Shown here one piece after another: positions 1 through 12,630 of a DNA stretch of 64,000 nt. The position numbers and the translations under genes were made by a program. The stretch is taken from the NCBI GenBank assembly GCA_973895155.1, contig OZ316892.1, forward strand, positions 10,210,283 to 10,274,282, given 5' to 3'. The first letter of the stretch is position 1. The number at the start of each line of letters is the position of its first letter. The notes beneath the pieces are model-generated. The model did not search any database, was not told the DNA's origin, and worked only from the letters and a program-made list of their open reading frames with translations. The stretch is from Marsupella aquatica (Eukaryota; Plantae; Marchantiophyta).

Positions 1-1775
1 CTGATTTTGGTCCAAGCTCGACAAGGGCTTTGATTTCAATGCCACACATCAGCACACCGTTTCTCCTGTTCATCGACAGGCCTGTTCACGATAAAGAAGG
101 AGCCATCAGCTCCAGCCAAGTCCATACTGGTCAGCTCAATCAGCCCCCTTTGCCTTGATTTTCAGGATCACCTGTCCCTCCGATGCCACTTCGACAACCT
201 TACCCTCAGGTCCATTCCTTGCCACGAACAAATTCCCATCCATGTCTGATCTCGCCTGTCTACATCATGAAGGACCAATGTATGGTGGAAGCATAGGATA
301 TTGTAAGGACCATCATTTGGTGGAAGGGGTGGTGCAGTATTTGACCAGCAGAGGTGAAACACTTTGTTTAATTTGAGGTATTGTATAATGCAAGCAAACA
401 GGACTTTTGTTAGCGATGAGAGTGTTGTTAGCAAGACACTAGTAAGTTTAAATTTCTTTTGCCTTTTGCTGCCTTTTATATTTTTTGTGGTTTTAATGAA
501 TCGAGATGGCTAGTGAGTTTGCTATCAAAAAGAGGAGTCCCCAAAATGTATGTTATCAACCAGGTGCTTGTTAGCGAGGCAATTGGAGAGAAAAATTAGG
601 GGTCATGTGAGGAAATTTAATTGGAGATAGAAAAACTAGGGGTCATGTGAGGAAATTTTTACTGTTTCCTTGCACATCACGATGACCCAATCCACAAAAC
701 TGGACAAAGGTCCTTGACTGAGGGTAGAAAGAGGTTAGAATCTTCATTCATGGGTAGAGTGGTTTAGGGTAGACAAATAATGGCAGAGTGGTTTAGAACA
801 ACTCACAATCATCAGCTGATTTTGCTACTTACAGGTAAAGGGGGAATTTGTCAACTGACTTTTGTAAGTAGTTTTGTGCAAAAGCAGCGAGGTTTTCATC
901 ATCACATCCAAGCAGGAAAATCCTACAAGGGCATACTTCAAAACGCATCAAAACGCAAAACTGGCTGTTCAATTGCGACGAGACTGGACACGAGGTTGAC
1001 AGAGGGTAGAACAACTAGTGATCATCAGTTGGTTTTGGTAGTCCTCGATCAAAAGGGGATTTCTCAAGTGATTGTGTGATTAGTATTGTCCAAGCAAGCA
1101 GTAAGGTTTGATCTGAATATGTACAAGTAAATCATAGAACCAGAAGACAATAGTCCCAAAGAGTAATGTCGAACTCCCATGTCTTCTCACTTACTAGAGG
1201 AAGATGGTCCCATAGCTGGTTACCAAAAAAACCTCGGTGCTCACTTATCGACAATCCCACTCTGTTCTTGGGATCACTGGGCTGATTAACATATAGATGT
1301 AGTGGTGATGTCAAGAACGTTGACCTCTCTCTATGAAAGAGGCAACTCTGAGTCCTTGCAAGAAGAGATTCTCTGCCCTATCTCAAGATCAGACACCAAT
1401 ATTAGACAAGGGCTTCCATATAAGCTTCATGACCTTGGTTGGGAAAGGAAAGATGGATTGTAAAGTGGGATTTAAAAGACTTTTAGAACGGCCCGTTGCG
1501 TGACTCAAAGCTCAACTATGTACTGGTAACGGTCACTCCAGATGTCTTTCATTCTAAATATATATTTTGCCTTGGATTTCTGCAATAGCAACAGTGAACA
1601 TCTTTCTTTCCGTTTAGCATGGACCAAGCTAGATGATAGCATGTCCAGGGAAGTGAAGTTGTGTAAACAGATATATTAAGAAACTATACATAAATCAATC
1701 GCCCACAGTGGAATTGGAGAAAAGTAAAAGAATGATCATCATACACATATTACGAAACAAATGCTGGAAGAGAGT

Positions 1776-3782
1776 TCAGGCAAATCCAAATTTGAAACCT
1801 CCAGCTTTCGTATCAGCAACTGCTTCCCAAAATGAACTGTTCTGTTGTAACATTTTTCTTCTTTCATCGGCTATACGTTGCATTTCAGCTATAGATCCTG
1901 GAAATTCTTCCTCAAATTTAGTCTTGAACTTATCAAACAAGCTCACGCGATCTGTAGTTCCTGAAACCAATTCTTTTGAATTGGGTTTGCTTAAGAATTC
2001 CAACACGTTCAGCAGATTCCTCCTAGCCACAGAGACGGCCAAAAAGCTCCAGTTAGATTGAAAGCATGTAACGAAATGAAAAAAAGGCTTCCACCACCTA
2101 ACGATAATCTACTCTCTAAGGTCTAAGAAACAGGCTGTGAGAATTCTCTCGACCTCCATATGCCTACGTTGACAGAAATGTGAAAAAGGTACCTGCTAAC
2201 GTAGTTTTGAGTAATTGCTATTGAGTCCTCCAAGTTGATGACAATATGCCACCATCCGTTGGGGACAAACAGCACCTCCCCCGCTCTGCAAATACACTCT
2301 ACAGGCTTCTCCTTCTGCCAACGAGTTTGCTCATAAAAATTCATGAACCATTCTGTAAGAGAAACAGGGGATGCGACTTCTGCTCCGTCTGGACTAGGAT
2401 GGACTCCTGGAGGAACCACATGCGGTGGATACAGCACCCATTTCTTCGCTCCTCTTATGACAGCATTCCAGGCAGAAGTGCTGTTAGGGTCAATGTGAAA
2501 GGAAGAGCCCGATCGCGCTGGGCCACAAATCAACCACCTGTAATCAGGTCTGGCACTTCCTAGTAACGAAAAAAGGTCTTCTCTGAAATATTTTGGCACA
2601 TCATAGTCTAAAGCCAGCTGAGGAGACTTTTCCGCAAATTTAGAATCAAATATATACAGGGGCCTCTCTTCTTCCACCAAGTCAGCATATGAGTAGTAGT
2701 TCTTGAGTTTCAAGTCAACTGGACCAGCTGCGAACGTAACTTCGCCAGCGTGTTGCAATAAATACTCCCGGTCCCAATTTGCAAGTGCAGGCCAGTGATC
2801 TATTGCCCCAGAGATGAGTACAGGTTTATTAGGCTCTTCAAATTCCTTGACGAACTCTTCAACAGACAAATTTGACCGGCGCTCAATATTGTCTGTACTC
2901 AACCAATCTTTCTTCAATTCTAAACTGGCACACAGCCAGCTTTGGAAGAAAAAATCGGAGTAAAAGTTCCGTATCTGCACCATGAAACGATTTTGTCATT
3001 AATCCTTGCTATTTTCACTGTTCAACGCAAAGAAATGGCCTTGTCATGATTGTACATCAACAGCTGAAACATTTCAAAAAATTGAGGCTCGGTACATATA
3101 ACAGGTTTAGTTAGAAAAATATTATTAGAATAAGTTCGGTGTCAATCGATCTGCAAAGCTGGGCCGTTTGACTGATTGTTCATTTCATGCCGCGTGGTAT
3201 CAGCACATAATATTTGGAGCCAACACATGTTCACTTGAAAACTGAAACATATGTATTGTGAGTGATTATGAATGCAAGGACGAAGAGGTAGACAGGTGAC
3301 GGATATCTCACCTTGAGAGGAACATGAGCAGGACCAGCGAACTGGGGATATCGTGTGGCAATATAGGAATTCTTCCAGCGGCCTGTGAAAGAGAAATTCC
3401 CCTTGAACTCATCCAGAACTAGATTCCTCCAGAGCGAATCCTGATGAACGACCACGTAGAATGCCTTGCTCACGACAGCCAGTCGGCCCAAGTCCTTGGC
3501 TTCCAGAAGACCCAGGATGTCCAATAAAAGCTCATCCGTAAGGGAGGACAGATTCCCTAACCCTACATTCCTGACGTTAGAAACAGAAGCTTCAAAGAGG
3601 AGGTTCCCCAACGGCTCCACACCGTAGCTGTTGGCTCCCCTCTGCAGGCGAAACGCTGGGTCATTAGTTGCAAGAGCTTGTGGAGTTCTTGAGCTGGCCT
3701 TCTTCGCAATCTTCTTCTTGGCTGAGGTTTTCTTTCCCTGCTTCTGGACGGCAGCCCCTCCAGCAGGTTTCATCTTCCCCAT
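1776..3782 (-). CDS. JMJ22: F-box and JmjC domain protein (JMJD6 class; Arabidopsis JMJ22/At5g06550-like). 3 exons: 3782-3312, 2974-2193, 2022-1776 (~499 aa)
   Basis: F-box motif LSSLTDELLLDILGLLEAKDLGRLAVVSKAFY. JmjC core RPDYRWLICGPARSGSSFHIDPNSTSAWNAVIRGAKKW...GEVLFVPNGWWHIVINL carries the HxD...H iron ligands. GT-AG junctions join the three ORF segments in frame (471+782+247 = 1500 nt). Confidence 0.92.
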
Positions 3783-4015
3783 CGTGCTGTCTGGTTGCTC
3801 CAATTCTGGGTTCTGTTGCCTCTGAAGAACTACTTCCTCGCCATCGCACCCAGTTCCCTCAGGAAGTGTAGAAAAATCGCAGAAAACCAGCGGAGCATGG
3901 ATCTCAGAGACGGTAAACCGCAGTTCTTTTCTACTGTCGAAGGTATTTGGATGTCTTCACTCCAGTCTTGACATCAAGAGTTCCGGGAAATCACTTGACA
4001 GTGTTAATGTGGATC

Positions 4016-4033
4016 AGGGTTTAGGGTTTAGGG
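4016..4033. promoter_or_regulatory. Telo-box-like short telomeric repeat (AGGGTTTAGGGTTTAGGG) upstream of the JmjC gene
   Basis: Sequence seen directly ~240 bp upstream of the ATG. Telo-boxes (AAACCCTA) are known plant promoter elements; function at this site is inference. Confidence 0.4.
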
Positions 4034-5090
4034 AGTTACGCACTCTTTCAGAAAACTAAAATTATCGACATGGGGTGATCACAGTGAGGACTTCTCCAAT
4101 CTTTAGAGAATGTTAACTCCTCACATGCTAGAGAGTAGAGATTGAATTGTCGGGTGGTTCAAAGTACAGTAGGGCTAGTTTGGGTACATTGAATTGTGAG
4201 TGATTTAAAGGCCAGTAGGGCTAATTGTGGGTGGTTTAAAGTGGAGGAGGGCTGGGTGACACGGCCCAACAATGGAAGTCACGTCTTTTAGAATTCAATT
4301 TGCAAATGATTTGTTTTTTTTATAATTGTGCAAATGACGAGAGAACAAGTTTTTCCTATTATTAGTGGTAATTTTTCATGCAGTTTATGAATATACTTTT
4401 TCTAATTGCCAAGGATAGCAAAAAGCATATGAGATTAATGGAGACAAAATGATTGAATCCATGCACAACATCTATAAATTGCAACTGGGCTATTGCATGG
4501 TGCAATGCAATGTCACCGGCACTTTGGTATTCTAGTGGGGGGTCACATAGCTTTTCCCTGGACAGTGTAGTGTTTGACCTCATGGGGGATGCTCACGGAG
4601 GAGGATGGGGAAGGGTGCAGATTTTTGTAGTACAGGAAGTGAAAAAAACCTATAAAAAAACCCTTGTACACAGTAGTCCTATGGAAAACCTTACTGCCAT
4701 TTCTTTATGCCCAAAAGCCATCCCGTGTACTGATGAGGCTTTAAGACGCCCTTATTCTGCACCTTAGGGGCAGGGAGTACTTACTGAGGAGGAATGGATG
4801 GGAAAAATCATTCCCCCTTATTCTGCACCTTAGGGTTAGTGGCACTGAGTACTCACTGAGGAATGGATGGGAAAAATTTCCCTCAGAATTATGTATACCT
4901 CTCACCTGTTCAGCTATAGGGCATCTAAAAACTGCATTTTCCTGTTTTCTTTGGTCAGCCATTGTGGGAAATTTGCATCCGCAACCCTGACCAAAACCCA
5001 ACTTATCCGCAAACTTTACCAAAGGGGTTTTTGGTTGTCTTTGGTTTGAGATAGGTCACAAAATCCGCCCACATTACCATTGTTTTTTTC

Positions 5091-5235
5091 AAGGGCGTCA
5101 ACTCATTTTCTAGGACCAACTTTCCATGCAAGCTCCAGTGCACTGACCACCCAAGTTAATGGCCGTTCCGTTTAGGTGGTCAGTGTACGGGAGCTTGCAT
5201 GGAAAGTTGGTCCTAGCAAATGAGTCGATGCCCTT
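5091..5235. repeat. Long inverted repeat (MITE-like or hairpin) between divergent genes
   Basis: Left arm aagggcgtcaactcattttctaggaccaactttccatgcaagctcc...ctgaccacc pairs with right arm ggtggtcag...ggagcttgcatggaaagttggtcctagcaaatgagtcgatgccctt. Arms are ~60 bp with a 27 bp perfect core. Confidence 0.8.
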
Positions 5236-5504
5236 TGAACTGACCACCCAAGTTAGTGGAACCGCAGATTTTTGACCCGCAACCAAGTCCAAAGTATTCT
5301 GGTCTCCTTGGAAGAGCTGGTTTGAGACTCCCTATTAAAGGTTTGTGGAAGTATAGATATACACTTTTTATATACAAAGGGACCAATCAGAGTACAAATG
5401 AACAAACAAAAGAGGGCCCAAGTGGACAAAACTAATCGAAAAAGAAGTGAGCAAAAGGGAACCACTAAACACCAAGAAAGAGGAACTAAAAGTAAGAAAT
5501 GAAC

Positions 5505-5647
5505 AATAGGGAACCCCTAAAAACCAAGAAAGAGAGACTAAAACTAACCCAAGCGAACAGCTAATGTGACAAAAAGAATAGGGAACCCCTAAAAACCAAG
5601 AAAGAGAGACTAAAACTAACCAAGCGAACAGCTAATGTGACAAAAAG
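5505..5647. repeat. Tandem duplication of ~72 bp
   Basis: aatagggaacccctaaaaaccaagaaagagagactaaaactaacc...aagcgaacagctaatgtgacaaaaag occurs twice back to back. Confidence 0.85.
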
Positions 5648-5979
5648 CTACCGGTCTACTGGTTTGTGGAAGTGAGGTTTGACTTCCAGCTCAGATGTAA
5701 GCTTGCTCTGAAGATAATGGCACCAAGTGATCGAGGGTGCATTCTCTGCTGCAGAAGATCTTTTCGGTTTCGTCCCCTCTCGTGGGCTTCCCTGTAGGCT
5801 GTTCATCACTATGGAGTAACGTTGAACTTTCAACGCAGGAACGCATCGAGTGCCACACTCATCGGTAAAAGATCTTCTGAGTTTCGTCCCCTTTCTTAGG
5901 CAACGCATCTTTGTCGAGTGAAGTCGAACTTCCCAAGGAAGCAAGAAAGAAAGAAGCGATCGAGTGTCTCGTGAGAACA

Positions 5980-7143
5980 ATGGAGACAGCGCAAACTGAG
6001 AAGCTAGCGGAGGAGAGAGTCATCAAGTTAGTGCTTCTGGGATGCGGAGGGGTTGGACGCCATCTTCTCCAGCGAATTCTCACTACCCGTGCTCTCCACG
6101 CATCCGCAGGATTGCATCTGGCAGTGGTGGCAGTGTCGGACAGCAAGGGCGTGGTTCTGAGTAATAAGGAACTTGTGGATTCGGTTCTGAACAAGATCAT
6201 CTCAGCTAAGACGGTGAATATTTCCCTCTCTCAATGGTATCATTCGTCACCCAACGAAGCACATTGTGAATACAAGGCAGTTGCTGGACATGAGGCCACT
6301 CTTCAGCTCTTGAGGACTTGGGGCTTACCAACTGTTGTGGTGGACTGCACTGCGAGCGAGGAGATTGGAGAACTGCTTGGTGTAGCTGCAGCTGAGGGAT
6401 TTTGCGTTGTGCTTGCCAATAAGAAGCCAATCACTTCTACGCTGGATGTGTATGACCAGATTACTTCTCATGGTCGGCATTTTCGCTGTGAGTCAACTGT
6501 GGGAGCAGGCCTACCGGTCATGGCCACGTTGTCTCGTACATTGGCTGCCGGAGATCCCATCCATCGAATAGTGGGGGCCCTCAGCGGGACGTTGGGGTAT
6601 GTCATGAGTGGGTTGCAGGATGGCCGACTTTACAGTGAAGTTGTGGCCACTGCCAAAAACCTTGGCTATACGGAACCTGATCCAAGAGATGATCTGAGTG
6701 GCTTGGATGTGGCACGGAAGGCCCTCATCATGGCTCGAGCTATTGGATGGCGCCTTGATCTGGAGGATGTGGAGGTGGAGTCTCTGTACCCTGCCGAAAT
6801 GGGACCTCAGAGCATGACTCTTGTAGAATTCTTAACGAAGGGATTATCCTCACTCGACACATCGATGCATCAACGGGTTCAAGGAGCTCAAGATAAGAAA
6901 GCTGTACTACGATATGTTGCCACAATAGAAAACAGTAAGTGCAAGGTAGGCTTTATGGAGGTTTCTCCTGATTCTCCTCTAGGAAGACTTCGTGGGAGTG
7001 ATAACTTGGTGGAGATTTATACGGATTGCTACAGAGAGGCTCCATTGGTAGTTCAAGGGGCAGGGGCTGGCAATGACACCACTGCTGCAGGTGTGCTTGC
7101 GGATATAATTGATCTGCAAGATCTGTCCAAAATTTTGCTTTAA
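5980..7143 (+). CDS. Monofunctional homoserine dehydrogenase (intronless; first ATG at 5980)
   Basis: Rossmann motif LLGCGGVG, plus VVVDCTAS, VVLANKKP, ESTVGAGLPV, SGTLGYV, LGYTEPDPRDDLSGLDVARKALI and QGAGAGNDTTAAGVLADI, all characteristic of homoserine dehydrogenases. Confidence 0.93.
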   Translation: METAQTEKLAEERVIKLVLLGCGGVGRHLLQRILTTRALHASAGLHLAVVAVSDSKGVVLSNKELVDSVLNKIISAKTVNISLSQWYHSSPNEAHCEYKAVAGHEATLQLLRTWGLPTVVVDCTASEEIGELLGVAAAEGFCVVLANKKPITSTLDVYDQITSHGRHFRCESTVGAGLPVMATLSRTLAAGDPIHRIVGALSGTLGYVMSGLQDGRLYSEVVATAKNLGYTEPDPRDDLSGLDVARKALIMARAIGWRLDLEDVEVESLYPAEMGPQSMTLVEFLTKGLSSLDTSMHQRVQGAQDKKAVLRYVATIENSKCKVGFMEVSPDSPLGRLRGSDNLVEIYTDCYREAPLVVQGAGAGNDTTAAGVLADIIDLQDLSKILL

Positions 7144-7596
7144 GATGAAAAGAAATGGGCAAGAAAAGTGAACCTTCTAGTGTGACGGACGACAGTGCAT
7201 TTCATGGGATTCATGTAGCCAAGCTGTAACTGTCACTAAGGTAAGGCATGTGAGCCATTTAGTTTGGTGGTGGATAGTGGATGTTCTGATGTCAACATTT
7301 ACTAAACTAGCTCTTCAACTGTTGAGATGGAGATACCTAATCCCTAGCAGCTCAACATCTCTTCAACTCAACGTTTGCAAAGGGTTCGTCAGCAAGAGAC
7401 TTTTGGGATCTCGAAATTCACACTATGCAGACACTAAAGCTGAAATGAGTCACAGCAGAATGCCCTGGTCAGCGTAGGACAGTGCTCAACGTAAGATAAC
7501 GCTCTCCATAGGTGGAGATCTCCTGAATGAAAGCCCTGGGGAGAACTTTCCTCCTCGCCGGGGCTGAACCAACACAGAAACCAAAGTCATCTGGCT

Positions 7597-10151
7597 TTAT
7601 TTGGCCAATTCCTGAGCTGGATGAATGTAATCATGCTCTGAAGGTTGTGAAAAGTCTTCCGGCATGGACTTCCAATGCAAAGAAGGTACCCAGTCAATGT
7701 GATTGGCGATCTCGTCCATCAACTCAGAAAGCAGAGCCTTGCTTCCACTGGCACTTAGATGCATGCCATCACTGCAAACAGGTTACAATGCAGCCATTCA
7801 AATATGAGCAAAGATATCCTTAGAGAGTAGCCTCAGGGCTTGCCATTTGCAATAGCATTCAAGATAGCCAAACTCTAAAGCGTCATCCTGCATATTTATT
7901 CAGCAGCAATGATGGAATTGTGCAAAAACCCTGATGAGGGAGACAAGAATGAATTCCACAAATTCTCAATATATCTGTGCTGCTTCTTACGTCAGGCAGG
8001 AACCCCAGTCATCGTTTGATAGCTGAATCGCTGTCCATAAGTCTACAACACCAACCCCTGCTTCTGATGCGGCAGCTTTACATGCAGCAGCATACTGGCC
8101 AGCACGCTCATTCGTTCGATCTGGATATTTTCGTGCGTTCTCGCCATGTTTGGCACTGAAAATAACATAACGACTGAGCATCTAAGACATTGCTCTGAGC
8201 TCCAACATTGGTAAGAAGAGGAATGAATCAGCACATGATAGCTACAAATAGGTCCCCAAAAACCTTAAAAATGCGAAGTGGACCTCAGATGCTTAATTCT
8301 GTTTTCCTCGTGGATGGGTGGCGCTGTAATCAATACGACTCGAGTTGTCTCTGAAAGTCCCTGAACCAGTCAAACACAAAATCATTTAGTAGACAAATCG
8401 GTAAAGCTGTACCAGTTTTTAGCATGTGAATTGCTCAATAAGGTATTTGAACAGAAATCAAAGACCGAGACAAGAGAGACCAACAATAGGAAGTACGGCA
8501 AAGCATTCACAAAACATCCCATCCGAAGCAAAACCTTCAAATAGGAAGCTATTTTGATTAGGTTCCCCTTAAACTCGTCGATAGGCACAGCTTGACCTTT
8601 GCCACTCGGGACAGGAACTGCAGCATCATTTGCACCAAAGAAGACCACTACGAGAGCCGGTTGGGTAGGCAGGTCCTGGAAGAAACGACACAGTGCTATG
8701 TTGAAGCACATATGCATGGTGTGGACAAGCGATAAGCAGAGAAAAATAAAGAACTCAGGCAGCTGTCTAAGCAGAACTCGGCAAACACCAATTGATATCA
8801 GGAGGGCTGCAATGAACATTAACATTGTTGTCAAGAGTACAGATGGAACCAAATATAAGTTACCTTCGCCCACATAGAATGCACATCTCTGGTGTACTAT
8901 ATCATTAGAGATATCATCACTTCGTCATGCATTGTGATAGAAACACAAAGAGCGAAGCTGCATGGAAAATTCGTCTAAAACTTATTGCTCCTCAATACGT
9001 AGGTTCTTGCTAACTAACATAGAATACAGTTCGTCGACTTGTCATCGGGGTTTCTCTGGAAGTTATATTCCTTCAATTGAAACACCTAAAAGTAATATGA
9101 TGACACAGGCTATCTGGTTGACGACATCTCCGACTGTTATCTCAGCGGGAGCACCATCAGAGCTCAGGTTATCTGTCTGTGAGAACAGCAATTACAATAT
9201 CAAGGATAGCATCTACATATTTCTTGTTCGTGGCTCGCTATAAAACGCCGTTTGCCACAAGAAAACGAACTTAGATTTTTCTTACCTTCGGGAAAATCTG
9301 AGGTAGCACAGAAAGAGCCCTACGAGTGTTCCATCCACTATAACCCCTGAGTAAGAAGTCCGCCTGCGCATTCCAAAGATAGGGTGTGAAAGACGGTAAA
9401 TGAATTCTGAGGAAACGAAGCCGCGGGTATCTGGTAGAAATGCACTCTAACTCACAGCTTCGGTGCACTCAGTTTATAATTTGTTTTGATAAAACCGTAG
9501 TAAACTTGCTGTGTCACTCTGTCCTTCAATGACAAATGTAGGGTCTTGCTCTGGAGGGATTGCATGATGCTCAAACAAGAAGATTGTCATTCAAATTTTC
9601 CTCCAGAAAATAATCCGGTGCTACTGATCCGGTGGCCCGATACCGTTTTGTGTGCACTGACGAAGATCAGGGCTCATCATTACTCACACTACTGAGAACT
9701 AGCCTCACATTAGATTTGTTCATACGAATTGCAGTCTTGCTATAATGATTCGGGAACCCATCTTCAGGTCGCCCCAGGACTTCAGTAGGAAAGAACTCAA
9801 ATATGATCACCAACGATGGGCTCATTGTGATCAATATGACCTACCTTCAGGTCTGATTTCTGAACGACCCGACGAAGGCATCTCTCGTCGGGTGCATTTT
9901 CTAGCTCTTAAGCTCGTAACAGGGGGAGGACGATCCACGAGGAGAGCCAGAGAAACACGATTTGGACTAGACTTCAGATCAGCAAAATCGCTGGAATCGA
10001 AAACAAAAGGAACAGAGGGCAAAAGAGTATGACTATGTACCTTCCGTTGATAGAGATCCTGAAACGCAGCTCCCCATCCACCCAGCTCATACGAGAATTG
10101 GGTCATGGAAGCCCCGAACAGCACAAACAAGGGCCTCTGATGCGCTGCCAT
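7597..10151 (-). CDS. SGNH/GDSL esterase (CPRD49/IAH1-like). 6 exons: 10151-10041, 9363-9286, 8675-8535, 8360-8284, 8155-7991, 7771-7597
   Basis: Block I LFGASMTQFSY..GGWGA, block II RGYSGWNTR, block III VFFGANDA, LITAPP and block V DGMHLS. All junctions are GT-AG and phase-compatible. Confidence 0.9.
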
Positions 10152-10429
10152 AGTCACCCACAACAGAAAGCTTTGGGCAAAGCGTCCTGAGCATTGGCCA
10201 GAGTCTGTCAAAATGAGCGAGAGTCCAGCCCAGGATTAGCTAACAATAGTTTCTTAGAGTCCCAGCTCCCATGCGAGTTCCTAGATGTGGAGGCTGGCAA
10301 GCTGCAAGCGTCAAGCACAATCGAATTCAGTGCAATTGCGATCATTGCACATCGGCACCGACGACATCATGATGGGGAGATCAGAGGACTAGTACACAGA
10401 CTCCTGCATTTCCGACCATTGTACATGGC

Positions 10430-11370
10430 GCTCTGCCCAAGTGCACCCTCCATAATTGCAGATTCTGGTTTACTGGGTGATCTTTCTTTCTACAGAAAAC
10501 TCCCATAGACGCAAAGGTTGATTGGCTAGACACTCTCTGCCCAAATGTACCCTCCATGAGTGCAAATCCTGCTTTACTGGCAGGGCTGTCGTTCTTCCAA
10601 AGAATGCTCCCTCCACATGCAACTGTTATGGAGGGTATCTATGTGTTCGTGTCTGGGGTGGAGTCCTGGTTTCTCCTCAGCCCCCTGGCTGATCAGCTTT
10701 AGGGACTCTCATTCAACTCTCTCTCCCTCCTGGTCTAGGTCCCTCTTGGATCCTTGGGTATGACCCCCTTGTGGGCTACCCTACAGAGGCGCATGCTCCG
10801 GGGTTGGTTGTCTATCCTCTGTTGGATGGGTCAGCTGTTGGTTTCAAGGCAAAAAAGACAAACCATGTACACCTTGGTTGGTTGATGGGAACAGGCTCCG
10901 CCGTAGTGCACCCTTCATAGCTTACTGCAAGGGTGATCCTTTTTAGAAAGAAAAAGCCCCAAAGAAATAAGGCTGGTTGGTGAGAAAAGTCTCTGCCCCA
11001 GTGCACTGTCCATAAGTGAAAATTTTGTTTTACTGCAAGGGTGATCCTACTTCAAAAGAAAAGCCCCCATAGACAGAAAGATTGGTGTGCAAGACACTCT
11101 CTTCCCAAAGGCACCTTCCATAAGTGCATAATCTGGTTTACTGCAAGGGCAATCGCTCTTTGAAAGAAAAAGTCCCCTTACACACAAAGGTTGGTTTACA
11201 AGACACTCTGTGCCCAAGGGCACCCTCCATAAGTACAACATCTCATTTACTGCAAGGGTCAGTTTTCAAATGAAAAGCCCGGGCCCTTGGACCCAGAGGT
11301 TGGTTTGCAAGACACTCTCTGCCCAAGTGACTCCCATAAGTGAGAAATCTGGTTAACTGCAAGGGCGATC
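10430..11370. repeat. Degenerate ~108 bp tandem repeat (about 6 copies, interrupted at ~10590-10900)
   Basis: Unit ctctgcccaa..gcaccctccataagtgca..atctggtttactgcaagggtgatc recurs at ~10431, 10533, 10991, 11098, 11207 and 11318. Confidence 0.75.
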
Positions 11371-12199
11371 TTTTGCATGAGCATGTGCATTTCATTCTAT
11401 GTGGTCCTTGTATGAAGCATTGGTGCAGTTCAATTTCTTAAGATAAAATTTTCATCCTGCACAGATCCTTATTCTTTATGGCCCTTTTGTGAAGCATTGG
11501 TGCAGTCCAATTTCATAAAATCAAATGTGCACCATAAACCACAACTCAATTCTGAGCCAACCAATTGGCTCATGGAGTGTGGTCAAGATAATCTATATGT
11601 CCACAAGGTGGCACCTGAGAAATGATCATATGAGAAATTTTGTTGATCTTATTTAAAAATAATGTATACACTTAAAGTTAGTGTACAAGATCCTTAGGTT
11701 AGAATATTCTTAGTTTTTCTTCTCGTAGATCCAAAAAGGGGCACCCTAGGTGAAGGAACCCATTTAGCATGACCATTTTTACTAGACATTGAAGCGTCAT
11801 CCGCTCTCCAGAGGGGGGGGGGGGGGGGGGGGTTCACTCATGGAGGGCCACACACCATATCCAAGTCTGGGGCTGTGTTGTTTGGTGCCGGATGGGCACG
11901 TAGAGTCCGCCAGTGCCTTGTTGGTTTGCTCCTGCGGTCATGCTCTTTGTCTCCAGCTGGTAGTTGCCCCGTTTCCATGGAACATCTAATTGATGAGTAC
12001 ACTCATTGAATGGAACAACAGTCTAATGTGAGAATATCCTTAACATTTACATCACAACACCCTATACAGTGTTCACAAGCATTCTACATTATTTTATCAG
12101 TCTAGTCTAAAATTTTAATAATTATTATTTATTGTACCTAACAAGGATGACACTACTTAAGGTGTCACTAAGGCTTGACTTCCAATAGAATGCTTTATT

Positions 12200-12630
12200 G
12201 AAGTGTGGGGTAGACCAGGGAGTGGAGCCCAACAAAGAGAACCCACCAACGGGAGAGAAGAGAAACACTACAGAAATGGCTCCTAAGGTTGAGGCGCAGG
12301 TAAGCAATTGCTACATTTTGCCTTGGAAACCCAAAGTGGACCCATCCAAATGAGGGTAGACATCCTACTTAGGAGTATGCACCACTCTAGGCTAAGGTAG
12401 CCCACAAGGGGGGGACGACATCCAGGGACTCATACCAGGAAGGCCGGAGAGGAGAGTTGGACAAGGATCACAAAGCGGCCAATCAGAGACGAACAGAAAC
12501 CAATACTCCCACCACTACACCCCACCAACACTTTCCCCTCCACATCCCCCCTGTGTGGAGGGGGGATTGAACCTGGGACCTGTGGGTTCTAGGCTAATCC
12601 CTTATAAAACTGACCATTTATTACCCATAT
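12200..12630 (-). mobile_element. Possible tRNA-derived SINE remnant
   Basis: Minus strand reads ...aacccacaggtcccaggttcaatccccccc, a Pol III B-box-like GGTTCAATCCC, preceded by only a weak A-box-like segment. Boundaries are approximate. Confidence 0.35.

Noticed and set aside
1-1410. Possible Copia-like PPT/LTR remnant (caaaaagaggag followed by short repeats)
   Set aside because: No recognisable gag/pol motifs and no second LTR or TSD in the window. Too weak to call.
1776-3782. Idea that the host JmjC gene is part of the transposon chromatin system
   Set aside because: It lies ~13 kb outside element 1 and is a normal, conserved, intron-containing plant gene. Proximity is probably chance.
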